Shown here piece after piece: positions 36,475 through 47,909 of a stretch of 61,118 nucleotides of DNA. A program made the translations under genes and the position numbers. How positions within the stretch are numbered: the stretch's first letter is position 1; every line of letters starts with the position of its first letter. Source of the DNA: Balamuthia mandrillaris (taxonomy: Eukaryota). Under the pieces are notes generated by a model. It searched no databases. It worked only from the letters and a program-made list of their open reading frames with translations, and was not told the DNA's origin. The stretch is from assembly GCA_031835245.2 (NCBI GenBank), contig JAVKOQ020000052.1:186001-247118 (forward strand), given 5' to 3'.

Positions 36475-39400
36475 ATGAATCCAACTCAACAAACCGCAGA
36501 AGCTCTCGAACAGCAGCAGCAACAACCAGCTGTTGTCGTCCCCTTTCTGGAGCACCAGTCCTTTGACCACTTCTCCAAGCAGCTCTTTGGCCAGGTGCTG
36601 CAAGCCACCAGGCTGGCCAACGCCCTCCCCCCGGAGGAGGACTTTCTCTACTACGCCTCCTTTCGCCCCTTCCGCACGAGGATGAGGCATTTGGGGGATC
36701 AGCTGCTGGACCTCACGCAGGAGTTCATCACCCATGAGAGCTCTGGTGGTGCCGCTTCTTCGTCCGCGCGCGTGAATAGCAGGGACGACCCGGATGATGT
36801 TACGGACCGATATGAGGCTGTCATCGACGTAGTTGACACTCTTTTGGAAAGAGTGGTTCGTTGTTCTTTCCTTTCCTCTCCTTATCTTCTTCCCTCTTCG
36901 TTCTCCTCCGTTCTGTCTTCTATGTTCTTCTATGTTCTTCTTTCTTCTTTCTTCTTTCTTCTTTCTTCTCTCGTTCTCTCTCTGCCAGTCTCTCTAAATG
37001 ACTTATCTTATTCCAATTGTTCGCTTAGGACTCGTTCGAAGATGAATTAAAAGGACAAAGCAATGCACCAAAGGTAGTTTATGGACATACAGTAGCTTCT
37101 GCAAATACCATCGCTCCCAACCTTACAACAAAGGTCTATTTTCCTTTCGTTTCTCTTGTTTCGAACGTCATGTTTAGTATAGGCTTTAAAAAAACCAGGG
37201 ACGAGATTATTACATGTTTCATGGCAGCAACGTGCTGCGGCCACAACTTCAATTCAAGGACCCCGTTGATAACTCCAACACGCCTTGGATTCCTCATGCC
37301 TACAGAAAGGACTCCGTTGCAAGTAAAATAAAAGAACGGGGTACAAATCGTCTTGAAAATACTCAGTTGGCATTATTTGATTCACTCTTTCTCTCTCACA
37401 CACATTCATAGAACCAAAGAACATTCTGCCAAAAGAAATACAGAAGCATCTCTCTTCTCAACTTGGAATCAAAGTTAAAGACTCAAATGACTTTTCAGAG
37501 TTCGTATTCGTTTTCTCTCTCTCTCTCTCTCTCTCTCTCCCTCTCCCTCTCCCTCTTTCTCTTCTCACTCGGGTCTCTGTTGGTCTTATTCAATGCAACA
37601 CAAACGAAAAACCAACAGAGGTTATCCACATCCGTATGCTGATGAGATAAGTAACTTTGAGTATCTGCCTTCCCAATTGGAGTCCACCATTGAGCAACGT
37701 CCTCCCAGTTTTGAAGAAACTCCTTTCACTTGGATTGAAACAGAACGAGTAATTTCTCTCATTTCCAATTCCTTTCTATTTTCTTTCCTCTTTTCCCTTC
37801 TTGCTTTCGCTAATACATTCATGAACATAGGCGCTTGAAGACTTGGCCAATGTATTAGAAAAACAAAGAGAGTTTGCTATCGATTTGGAACATCATTCCT
37901 ACCGCTCCTTTGAGGGCTTTGTTTGTCTCATGCAAATCTCCACTCGCACAGAGGACTATATCATCGACACATTGGCTTTGCGTCATCATATGCACGTTCT
38001 TGCTTCCTCTTTCCATGATCCTCGCATCGTAAAGGTGTTGCATGGCAGCGACAGCGACATTGTTTGGCTTCAGCGTGACTTTGGGCTTTATATCATAAAT
38101 ATGTTTGATACTGGACAAGCTTGTCGCGTGTTGGAATATCCCAGTTTCGCTCTATCGTATCTTCTCAAGCAACATTGTGATCTTACAGGTTTTTTCTCTC
38201 CTCTTCATGTTTTCTTTCTTCTTTCTAACACTATTCAGTGGACAAGAAATACCAACTTGCAGATTGGCGAATTAGGCCTCTTCCCGCTGAGATGATTCTC
38301 TATGCTCGACAAGATACTCACTATCTGCTCTACATCTACGATAAGCTCCGCAACGAGCTGATCGGTCGTGGCAACATGAGCGCCAGCCTTGTGTTAGCTG
38401 TCTTGAATAGGAGTCGAGAGCTTTGCTTGCGCCAATATGAGAAGACGTTATGGACACCCACTGCTCATCTTGCGCTTTACAACAAATTTAACTACGTGTT
38501 TAACCCGCAACAGATGCGCGTGTTTTACGAACTTTACAAATGGAGGTACAGTAATACAGTACCTTTTTATTCCCCTCTCTCTTTTCTTGTTCTTCTCGCT
38601 TTCACCTTTTTAACATTATGACGTACACAGAGATTTTACCTCTCGAGAGGAAGACGAAAGCATTCGCTATGTCCTTCCTAACCACATGCTCTTCCACATC
38701 GCTGAACTCATGCCTACCACGTCTGCGGGACTGCTCGCCTGCTGCAATCCTGTTCCTCCTCTGGTTAGACTGAACGCAGAGACGATCGTCAACCTCGTCA
38801 CGAAAGCCAGAGAAGAGCCAATGGGCCAAGCTACAGCAACACCAACCCATCTTCGTTCCTCTGGTGCTCAACAACAGCAAGAAGAAGGACAACCAACGAG
38901 ATGGGATTCGACCAACTATCGTCCACTCCTTCATTCCAATCACCTCGGCGGCCGCTTTGATCCTGTAATCATGGCTGCTGCTGCTTCGACTCCATCTAAG
39001 ACTACTTCCCAACATCCCCAACCACAAAAACAAACACCACAAACACCTGTAAGATCCGTTCCCTCTTCATCTGCTCAGCATGAAGACAGTCCTGTTCTCT
39101 CTAAAGATGAACTCTACTCGATGGCAGGATGGGAAGAAAAGCCGCTCTTATCCACCGCGACTGAGAATTATCCGCGCCGACAAGCTGCGTTCTCACCATT
39201 GAGCAACAAGCACGGAAGCTCTCTGTTTAATCAGCTTTCTTCGTCTCCGTCATTGAGTTCTCTTGCTAGTGGTTTGTTTCTGTCCGCTTCTCTCTTCTCT
39301 CTTCTCCTCTTCTCTCTGCCTTTTTGCTCTCTTTTGCTTCTACTGTTTTTCTCAATCAATTTGTTTTAGGATTAGGCGCTGCTGCTGCCGATATCAACCC

Positions 39401-40216
39401 CGAAGACAAGAAGACAGTCGAACTCATCTGTGCAACCATCAAAGAATCCTCCTTTCACCCCTCCATTCCCTTCTCATTTGATGAAGAAGACAAGACAACA
39501 ACTCGTAACTCGAAAGAACAAGAAGAAGCGGAAGAAGAAGATGAAGATCCTCTGAAGGACGTTCCACGATCTCTCAAAGACATTTACTCCATTTCCAACC
39601 AAAACAGAAAACGCAACAAAGAGAAACGTAAGCTCAAAGAGGAGAGCAAAGAGGGCAAATCCAAAGAGTTCTCTCCTCTCCGACTTAGTGGCGAAGACAA
39701 CAAACACAAAAACAAATTATCGGACGAAGAAGAACAAGAACAAGATGACGTCGACGAAGTACGGGAGGAGAACGAAGAGGAAGAGGAAGATGAATATTCT
39801 TCTACGGGAAGACAACAGAAAAAGAGAAGAAGAACAGCTGATCAAACGGATGAAGAGTTTCTTCATTCGATTGGATGGAAGGCAACTCCGCCTAAAAAGG
39901 CTAAAAAGCAACAACAATCACAGCAACAATCTTCTTCCTCTCATCTGACATCCATCGTGACCAACAAAGACGTATCTTCTTCACCTTTTGCTTCAGGAAA
40001 ACGAAGGAACAACAAGAATCAACAAAAAGGAAATGACGCGAATGCCACAACTGAATTTGTGCCGTATGATTATGAACAGGCCACGAACAACAACAATCAC
40101 ATCTTTGTGCCGAATAGGAACCGTCAAGCACCGCAACACAAGAAGGCCGCTTCCTTTAATCCTTTCAGCTCGCAACAACAGCAGCAACAACCACAGGTAC
40201 CTGCTCTTCCTCCTTC

Positions 40217-40255
<39 letters not shown>

Positions 40256-40419
40256 ATTTCTAACTTGTTTACAAAATAATAAAGACGCGGACGCCGAGAG
40301 ATAGATTTGCAGCTCGAAACAAAGCGGCAGCCAAGATGCAAACGTTTGGCGGCGGCGGTGGAGGTAATCGAGGAGGGCGAGGTGGCGGCGGTGCTGGCAG
40401 GTCCTGGGCCAGAAAGTAA
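36475..40419 (+). CDS. RRP6: Exosome 3'-5' exonuclease RRP6/EXOSC10 (PMC2NT, DEDD-Y exonuclease, HRDC), multi-exon
   Basis: RPQLQFKDPVDNS, YPHPY, FAIDLEHHSYRSF, LHGSDSDIVWLQRDFG, QLADWRIRPL, YARQDTHYL, REEDESIRYVLPNH; RGG-like tail, TAA 40417-40419. Confidence 0.95.
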
Positions 40420-40574
40420 GAGAATAAATCGCTATTTTTTTTTTTTAAAAAAATGCAGCAAAACAAACATCTTTCTCTCTCTCTCTCTCTGGGCCAGAAA
40501 GTAAGAGAATACATCGCTTTTTTTTAAAAAAAAAATGCAGCAAAACAAACATCTTTCTCTCTCTCTCTCTCTCT
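40404..40574 (+). repeat. ~85-bp tandem duplication of the RRP6 stop codon and proximal 3' UTR
   Basis: CTGGGCCAGAAAGTAAGAGAATA..ATGCAGCAAAACAAACATCTTTCTCTC at 40404 and again at 40489. Confidence 0.9.
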
Positions 40575-40618
40575 TCAAAATTTCGTGATGAAAAAAAATT
40601 GAACCAAAAAAAAGGTTA

Positions 40619-40691
40619 TGAGGACGACGTGACTTGAACACGCAGCCTTTCGGTCTGGAGCCGAACGCTCTACCAATTGAGCTACGCCCCC
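40619..40691 (-). tRNA. trnW: tRNA-Trp(CCA), copy 3
   Basis: Identical to copy 1; downstream TAACCTTTTTTTT. Confidence 0.96.
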
Positions 40692-41279
40692 CTATTCACT
40701 AAAAGGAGATGATTTCAAGGGGGAAATACACAAAATGTGGCAATTCCGTTGTGCACGTTGCAACGACTCCTCGGAACTCAAGTTTTGGGATGTACTCCTC
40801 TTTTCTCTTGTTTGCAGGACTAACGCCTGCCTTTCATTTCGTTTCGTGGGATTGATACTTGCCACGTCCCCGCCGACACGTGCGACACACAGGACTTGTT
40901 ATTTAGTAATTTGAGCGAAATGAATTTCCATTTCAGTATACTGCAAGTATACCTTGGTTTATCATGTTTATGACGAGCCTTTGCAAGTGGTGTTCGGCGG
41001 TTTCATTGGTCAGTGCAGTGCATGCTTCCGGTGGTTTCCCTGTCCCTTGTTCAAATTTATCGTCTCTAATCTCTCGAACTTTCCTTTCCTAGTGTCTGGA
41101 GATGGAGTGAAGTCTCCACTTTCCACCCCGGCCATTCCTCTCATTGGCTTGGCAGTGTAACTCCGCCAAATTGGTTCGTTTGTTCTTGTTATAAAAGGCC
41201 GACTCTTTTAACATTCATTTTTTTCATTTCGCACAAACCTCTCACGACAAAACAAACCCTTCACTTCTTGGCTTCGCTG

Positions 41280-44200
41280 ATGGCATTCTACGTGTTCGCC
41301 TTACTCCTGCTGCTTGCCCCACAGTTGAACGCTCAAACTTGTGACTGTGTGGCTTGTCTGGACGAGGCTGCGGTGTTCTCGGAGGAGACCCTTTACCAAG
41401 GAAGTTGCGATGATTCTTCTCAGATCGCTGTTATCACTGAACTAGAGGTCAACTCTCCTGACGGCGATGTGTTTCGAGTTCTCACCAAAGACACCCCCGA
41501 GTCCGACAAGTATTACACCGATGGTTCCACCAGCGACAGCGTGACCTGCTACAATAAGGGAAGTGGTAACGTTGGTAGCTCTGACAGCGTTGCAGTTGTA
41601 CTTTTCTGCGACAACTACGTTACGACCTGCAACGTGGAATACAGGATCACGGCTACTTGTATGAGTGTAGGTGACGGTGATGGAAACGACGGCGCGGAGG
41701 ACGGCAAAGATGGTGAAGCTGTGCCAACCTGCCAGGATACGGGCGTCGCCAGCAAAAAGGAATGCAACTCATTTTGCGGAGGCACTTCAAATTATGTATG
41801 GGCTAATACCAATGGTCTGGTAAGTTGCACTTGCTTATCGGGTTTGGCTTGTGAGGATGTCCCCGCTGAAGACGGTAATACGGATGGCGGTGACGGCATC
41901 GCTGATGCGGTGATGGGGATGGAGGCAGCGCTAATTGTTGGAAGGTATGGTCCAGAGTGCGCAGAACCAGTAGTGCGAGTGTGGTGTGTGTGGTCAAGTT
42001 CTTGTTATTGCTGTTATTTTATTATCCTCCGAAGAGGTGTCTTATATACTTATTACAAAAGAAATTTCATTTCTTCATTCTTTCTTCGTTGTGGAATTTC
42101 TGTGGTGTTTCTGGGATGTCGACAGGAATGCATTGGGAAAGTTCTGAACTGGGAAGTTCGGAGTTTCAACACTCCCCCTCAATGCTGACTGGCGATGGAT
42201 TGATAGTGTTCCAAGGATACTATACCTGTTTGCTGAATGAGTGGATCAAATCTCTTTTCCGGTAATGGCTTCGTGAAGGTATCCGCAATGTTCTTGTCGG
42301 AAGGAACGTAGTGAAGGTCGATTTCCTTTGTCTGAATTCGTTCTCGGATGAAATGATATTTGACGTCGATGTGTTTTGTTCGTTCGTGGTGGACTGGGTT
42401 GTGAGCGAGCTTGATGCAACTTTGATTGTCCTCGTAGATGATGGTTGGAGAAACTTGAGGATGTCCGAGGTCTTTGAGAAGTCGTCTTAGCCATATTGCT
42501 TCTTTGGTTGCATGATATGCTGCGATGTATTCGGCTCCGGTTGTTGAAGTAGAGACGAATGGTTGTTTCTTCGAGTACCAAGAAATGGGACCTTGGCAGA
42601 GCTTGAAGATGTATCCGGAGATGGATCTGCGGGTATCGGCATCGTTGGCGTGATCTGCGTCACAGTAGCCGACGAGGATTTTGCCGTTTGGATTATTGCC
42701 GTCATAGAGGATGCCGTGAGTTCGAGTTCTGTTGAGATAGCGGAAGATTCGTTTTACTGCTTTCCAGTGTTGGGTTGAGGGATCTTCCATGTAGCGACTG
42801 ACCATGCTTACTGCGATTGCGATGTCTGGTCTTGTAGATGTCATGGCGTACATGAGACTTCCGATTGCGCTCCGATAGGGGACTTTTGGATCAAGAGTAG
42901 GTTCGTTTTCTGAGCGTTTTGGAAGGAATTTGTCAGTCATCGGAGTGTCCTTCGGTTTCGAGTCGAGCATGTTGAAGCGTTGAAGGATGGTTTTGATGTA
43001 TTTCGTTTGATGAAGGAAAGTTCGTTTGTTCTTGATGTCGCGTTCGACTTCGATGCCAAGAATGTATTTGACAGGTCCAAGATCTTTAACGTCGAAGAAG
43101 GATGCGATTTTTTTCTTGGTTTTAACTAGGAGAGAAGTGTTGCTTGCGCCGATGAGCATGTCGTCAACATAAAGGGCGATGATGACTTTAGCTCCCCCTT
43201 CGACCTTGATGTAGATGCAGGGATCAGCGGTGCTTGGTTTGAATCCGAGTTCTTTGAATCTGCCGTCGATGGTTCCGTTCCAGACTCTAGCTGATTGCTT
43301 GAGCCCGTAAAGGCCGCGACGAAGAAGACAGACCCAATCAGGATGTTGTGGGTCGATGTAGCCTTCTGGCTGGCGCATGTAGATCATTTCGTTGTTGAGG
43401 AGGCCGTAAAGGAATGCGGTGCAGACGTCCATTTGATGAACGGTGAGTTTTTCGTAGGTGGCAATAGCGAAGAAGGTTCGAACAGATTTGAGTAGAACGA
43501 CAGGAGAGAAGGTTTCGAGGTAGTCGATGCCGTATTTTTGTGTGAATCCTTTTGCGACGAGTCGTGCTTTGTGAGGATCGATTAGCTTGTTGACAGTGTG
43601 TTTTAGCTTGAAGACCCATTTGCAGTCGATAGGTACTTTGCCTGGAGGAAGAGGAACAAGTTTCCAGGTGCCGTTCTTGCGAAGAGCTTTCATCTCTCTG
43701 TCTGTCGCTTTGCGCCATTTGTCTTTGTCGTGTCGTGACATTGCTTCCTTGAAGGTTTTGGGTTCGTTTTCGTCGAGTATCTCAGCAACGGATGCTTGGA
43801 CGATATCGATGAGGAGTTGTGATGGAGTACGCGATCGAGTAGAGCGTCGTAGCGAGGAGTTAGAATCTGAAGATTCTTTTCCTTTATCCGAAGATGTTGT
43901 TGCTGATGAAGAAGTTGCTTCCGTTGAAGTAGATGAAGGATCAGATGAAGAGGATTGTTCGGATGTTTCTGCTTGAGATGAAATCGATTCCGAGGGTAAT
44001 GAAGTTCCGCCTGGTAGTTCGTCGTTGTCGGCGTCGAAGAAGGGTAGAGGCGTAGATGGTTCGTCGTTGACGAGAGGAGGAGGCGTGGATTGATCGTCGT
44101 CAAGTTGTTGATCCGCAGGTGATTCCGTAGAAGGGTTATTGCCTTGCGATGATGATGAGGAGGAAGACGTTGTAGTTGTTGTTGCTCCCCCTGTTGTTGG

Positions 44201-47045
44201 AGCTCCCCCTATTTGCCGTTTTCCCTTGTTCTTTCGTTTTGCAAGTCGTTTCTTCTTTGTGACAGGAACGTTGTTTGAGGAACCAGGAGTATCTTCTTGT
44301 TCTAGCGTTTGTTCCAAGTCGAATTTGAACGTAACTTGTTTCTCTGCAGTAGTAGAGGTTTGCGTTTGTTGTGAAGCTTCGTTTTGAGATTTGTTTTGCA
44401 CTTCGAGTGGCGTTTCCTTTCGAGCGTCTTTTTGCGTTTCGTTGGTTGAGAGCGTGAGTGGTGAATCGGTGAAGGAAACATCTCGGCTGATGATGACTCT
44501 GTTGGTTTTGGGGTCGTATAGTCGATGAGCGTTCGCGTTATCCTCAGGTCCAAGGTAGATGCACGGTTTAGAGTGTGAGTCGAATTTGCGACGGTTTTGT
44601 TTAGGAATGAGAGCGTATGCTTTGCATCCGAAGACGTGAAGATCGTCGAGGTTTGGCTTCTGGTTGGTCCAAAGTTCCTCCGGAGATTTGCCGTTGAGAA
44701 CAGCAATGCCGATTCGGTTGCAGATGTAGTTTGCCGTGCGTAGAGCTTCGCCCCAAAGTTCTTTGCCGAGTTTGCTCTGAAGAAGAAGGCAACGTGCTTT
44801 CTCGAGAAGAGTTCTATTCTTGCGTTCAGCCACTCCGTTTTGATGAGGTGAATAGGGAGCGGTTCGTTGATGAATGATGCCTTTTCGCGCTAGGTATTGG
44901 TCGAAGGCTTTGGAAAAGTATTCTCCTCCGCCGTCGCTTCTTAGAGTTTTGATGGTCTTTCCGGTTTGGTTGCTCACTTGCGCTTCGAATTCTTGAAATC
45001 GGAGAAATACCTCATTTTTGTTCTTGATGATGTAGACCCAAGTTTTTCTGGTGAAGTCGTCCGTGAAGGTGACGAAGTAGCGTCCTCCGCTTTTGGATGG
45101 AACTTCGATAGGGCCGCATACGTCGGTATGGATGAGTTGAAGAGAATATCGAGTTTGTATGCCGTTGAAGCTAGTTCGTGTGATCTTCTTTCGATGTTGT
45201 TTCGCCTGTATGCAGACTTCGCAAGGTGGAAGAATGGACGGTACGCGAGGGAAATCTTTGATGATGCCTTCCATACGTTTCATCACTGTAGCACTTGCAT
45301 GACCTAATCGTTGATGCCATAGTAGGATTTGGTTGGTAGAATTTTCGAGTTCGGTAGCTGCGAGAGCCCTTTCGAGTGACGAAGAGGAAGAGTAGACGTT
45401 TGTGAGGTAGTAGTTGCCGCCCATCTTTTGTCCTTTGGCCGCTACGTTTCCACTGTTGTCGTAGATAGTGCAGCAGTTTCCGTTGAAGTGTACTTCTTTT
45501 CCTTTGTTGGTTAGCTCGGAGACGGAAAGAAGGTTCTTTGCGAGGTGAGGGATATACAGGACATCGGTAATGATGATGTTGTCGTTGTTGGCCGGAATGA
45601 TGTGGTCACCAATGCCGACTGCTTTGACCTCAAAGTTGTCGCCGAGAAGGATAGGAATAGGTGGACGAAGGGGACGAAAGTTTGAGAGGAGAGAGCGATT
45701 GCACGTCATGTGCTTTGTAGCACCCGAGTCAATATACCATAAATGTTCAATGTTATTAGACTGAGAAGAAGTAGACGCAGAAGAGGAAGAGGAGGAAGAG
45801 GCATTTGCCTGAGAGGATTGGTTGTATCTGCCGTAGCAGATGTCCGCCGTGTGTCCAGTCTTGTGGCAGATCTGGCATTCGGCCCTCTGTTGTCCTCTGC
45901 GTTGTTGCTGTCTCGGCCGTTGTGGGTATCGCTGCTGCTGACCGGGAGGTGCCTGCTGCCGTCCGTTCTGGTGTCCGTGGCCGGTGGATGGTCTCTGCCT
46001 CTCTTTGCCTTTTTCTTTGACCCATAGCGCGCCTTCTGCAGGTCGTTCGTTGCTTAGTCTTGCCTCGTGTAGAAGAAGAGTAGATGTGACGGAGCTGAGC
46101 GAGAAGGGTTTGTCTGAGGAGAAAAGCGGTGTGATTCGGTTCTCCCATTCTTCGCCGAGTCCGTTGAGGATGACGAAGGCTAGTATGTCTTCGGGAAGTT
46201 GTATTTTAAGGTCGTTAAGTTTTTGTTCAAGGCGCTGGACTCGTTCGATCCAAGTGCTGATGTTTTCGCTTGCCTCTTTCTGTGCAGTGAAGAATCGTTT
46301 GAGGAGGAAGAAGCGATGACCGCGGTTCTGGTTGTTGAACCGTTCGTTTAGTGCGTCATAGGCGTCCTTAGCGCGTTCTTTTCGTATGTAAATGTGGTGC
46401 TTATCGGGTACAGTCATCGCAAGTAGAAGGAGTACTTGTGTGTTTTTAGTTTCCCATCTTTGTTTCTCTTCAGTTGAAGCTTGAGTGTTTGGCGGGTTCT
46501 CATCGATGATGTTAAGAAGTCCTCGTTGTTTGAGAAGTAGACGTATGGTCCACGACCAGCTTTCCCATTTGCCGTCGTCTAGTTTCTCGATCTCCGAGAG
46601 TTTCTCTCCGAAAATGGACGAAGAAGATGTGGTTGTGTTGAGCGAAGATGAGTTGGACGGGGTTCGGGAAGAAGCAGAAGAGGATGATGATGCCGCGGAG
46701 TCAGTGTTAGCGTTAGTGGTAGTGTCTGCCATTGTTATCGCAGTCAACTGGGCTGTGGGCCCATAACCTGTTGGAAGGTATGGTCCAGAGTGCGCAGAAC
46801 CAGTAGTGCGAGTGTGGTGTGTGTGGTCAAGTTCTTGTTATTGCTGTTATTTTATTATCCTCCGAAGAGGTGTCTTATATACTTATTACAAAAGAAATTT
46901 CATTTCTTCATTCTTTCTTCGTTGTGGAATTTCTGTGGTGTTTCTGGGATGTCGACAGGAATGCATTGGGAAAGTTCTGAACTGGGAAGTTCGGAGTTTC
47001 AACACTAATCACATCACACCTTGGTTGCTTCACGGCATGTTCTAA
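41280..47045 (+). CDS. Intronless secreted Cys-rich protein gene whose 3' end is split by the copia element (body 41280-41935, remnant tail 47010-47045)
   Basis: TATAAAA at ~41190; signal peptide MAFYVFALLLLLAPQLNA; tail NHITPWLLHGMF* after the element matches paralog NHITPFAFNNLF*; apparent 1-nt deletion ~41907. Confidence 0.8.
41936..42171 (-). repeat. 3' LTR of copia element
   Basis: 236 bp, identical by eye to 46769-47004; preceded on the minus strand by the PPT. Confidence 0.97.
42179..46732 (-). CDS. Copia Gag-Pol polyprotein (Gag, protease, integrase, RT, RNase H), uninterrupted
   Basis: CQICHKTGHTADIC zinc knuckle, WYIDSGAT, WHQRLGH..CEVC, HTDVCGP/RSDGGGEY/NGVAERKNR, HQMDV..LYVDDML, YCDADHA. 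Confidence 0.97.
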   Translation of the reverse strand: MADTTTNANTDSAASSSSSASSRTPSNSSSLNTTTSSSSIFGEKLSEIEKLDDGKWESWSWTIRLLLKQRGLLNIIDENPPNTQASTEEKQRWETKNTQVLLLLAMTVPDKHHIYIRKERAKDAYDALNERFNNQNRGHRFFLLKRFFTAQKEASENISTWIERVQRLEQKLNDLKIQLPEDILAFVILNGLGEEWENRITPLFSSDKPFSLSSVTSTLLLHEARLSNERPAEGALWVKEKGKERQRPSTGHGHQNGRQQAPPGQQQRYPQRPRQQQRRGQQRAECQICHKTGHTADICYGRYNQSSQANASSSSSSSASTSSQSNNIEHLWYIDSGATKHMTCNRSLLSNFRPLRPPIPILLGDNFEVKAVGIGDHIIPANNDNIIITDVLYIPHLAKNLLSVSELTNKGKEVHFNGNCCTIYDNSGNVAAKGQKMGGNYYLTNVYSSSSSLERALAATELENSTNQILLWHQRLGHASATVMKRMEGIIKDFPRVPSILPPCEVCIQAKQHRKKITRTSFNGIQTRYSLQLIHTDVCGPIEVPSKSGGRYFVTFTDDFTRKTWVYIIKNKNEVFLRFQEFEAQVSNQTGKTIKTLRSDGGGEYFSKAFDQYLARKGIIHQRTAPYSPHQNGVAERKNRTLLEKARCLLLQSKLGKELWGEALRTANYICNRIGIAVLNGKSPEELWTNQKPNLDDLHVFGCKAYALIPKQNRRKFDSHSKPCIYLGPEDNANAHRLYDPKTNRVIISRDVSFTDSPLTLSTNETQKDARKETPLEVQNKSQNEASQQTQTSTTAEKQVTFKFDLEQTLEQEDTPGSSNNVPVTKKKRLAKRKNKGKRQIGGAPTTGGATTTTTSSSSSSSQGNNPSTESPADQQLDDDQSTPPPLVNDEPSTPLPFFDADNDELPGGTSLPSESISSQAETSEQSSSSDPSSTSTEATSSSATTSSDKGKESSDSNSSLRRSTRSRTPSQLLIDIVQASVAEILDENEPKTFKEAMSRHDKDKWRKATDREMKALRKNGTWKLVPLPPGKVPIDCKWVFKLKHTVNKLIDPHKARLVAKGFTQKYGIDYLETFSPVVLLKSVRTFFAIATYEKLTVHQMDVCTAFLYGLLNNEMIYMRQPEGYIDPQHPDWVCLLRRGLYGLKQSARVWNGTIDGRFKELGFKPSTADPCIYIKVEGGAKVIIALYVDDMLIGASNTSLLVKTKKKIASFFDVKDLGPVKYILGIEVERDIKNKRTFLHQTKYIKTILQRFNMLDSKPKDTPMTDKFLPKRSENEPTLDPKVPYRSAIGSLMYAMTSTRPDIAIAVSMVSRYMEDPSTQHWKAVKRIFRYLNRTRTHGILYDGNNPNGKILVGYCDADHANDADTRRSISGYIFKLCQGPISWYSKKQPFVSTSTTGAEYIAAYHATKEAIWLRRLLKDLGHPQVSPTIIYEDNQSCIKLAHNPVHHERTKHIDVKYHFIRERIQTKEIDLHYVPSDKNIADTFTKPLPEKRFDPLIQQTGIVSLEHYQSIASQH
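46769..47004 (-). repeat. 5' LTR of copia element
   Basis: 236 bp; followed directly on the minus strand by the PBS (46755-46768). Confidence 0.97.
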
Positions 47046-47294
47046 AAGAACTTCGGCTAGCAATATAGACGCCACTACAGACATCCTTCCTGGAAGACCA
47101 CCCATACAAGACTTTAGAAATAAATTTTTTAGAAAGACTTTCCATAATCTGGAGTAAAAAAATACACAAGGAGAGAATGCTCCCAGAAGGAAAATGAAGA
47201 TGTCCAGAAGAAGCAAGACCGGATTCAAGTATGAATGCAAAGGCTCCCTGAATTTCTGTATTTCCTCCCCAAATTCATTGCCACTTCTTGAGAC

Positions 47295-47367
47295 GGGGGC
47301 GTAGCTCAATTGGTAGAGCGTTCGGCTCCAGACCGAAAGGCTGCGTGTTCAAGTCACGTCGTCCTCA
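47295..47367 (+). tRNA. trnW: tRNA-Trp(CCA), copy 4
   Basis: Identical sequence on the + strand; downstream TAATCTTTTT. Confidence 0.96.
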
Positions 47368-47604
47368 TAATCTTTTTATTTATATTTTTTGTTTTCGGTT
47401 TTCTATATTGCAATATAGCGCCACCAAACCAAAAATCAAAGCGGGGCCTGTTGTCTGATTTTGGATAGGCTACGAATATTAGCTCTTTATTGCCGTTTTT
47501 TCTTTTCTTTCATAAAGAAAAAACTCACAAACCAACAAAACCCAAACCCAAGGAGAAAGAAACAACAACAGAAAGAAAAACAACGACGCCAACCAACTAC
47601 AAGA

Positions 47605-47684
47605 ATGGCTTCTAAACCCTGTGCCAAGTGCGGCAAAGCCGTTTACGCTATGGAACAAGTTTCGGCAGTGGGTAACGTTTCTTT

Positions 47685-47731
<47 letters not shown>

Positions 47732-47871
47732 TCTCTATCTCGCGCTATGCTCGCTCCTCTCTCTCTCTCTCTCCTCCTTGTTATCTATCAGAGTCACTAA
47801 AACTTCCTCAACAAAGGCAAAACATGGCACAAAAGTTGTTTGAAGGTCTGTCTCTGTTTGTTTGTTTGTTT

Positions 47872-47909
<38 letters not shown>

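Larger units (their letters stand above)
41936..47004 (-). mobile_element. Full-length Ty1/copia LTR retrotransposon (Hemivirus-type primer site)
   Basis: 236-bp LTRs TGTTG..CAACA at 41936-42171 and 46769-47004; TSD CTAAT (41931-41935, 47005-47009); PBS GGTTATGGGCCCAC; PPT GAGGGGGAG. Confidence 0.98.

Noticed and set aside
47100..47290. Peptide RRSKTGFKYECKGSL resembling a MULE/FAR1 DNA-binding fragment
   Set aside because: Too short and interrupted by stops
25830..47367. Four identical 73-bp repeats as CRISPR repeats or SINEs
   Set aside because: They are complete tRNA cloverleaves kb apart, with T-run terminators and no spacers, tails or TSDs
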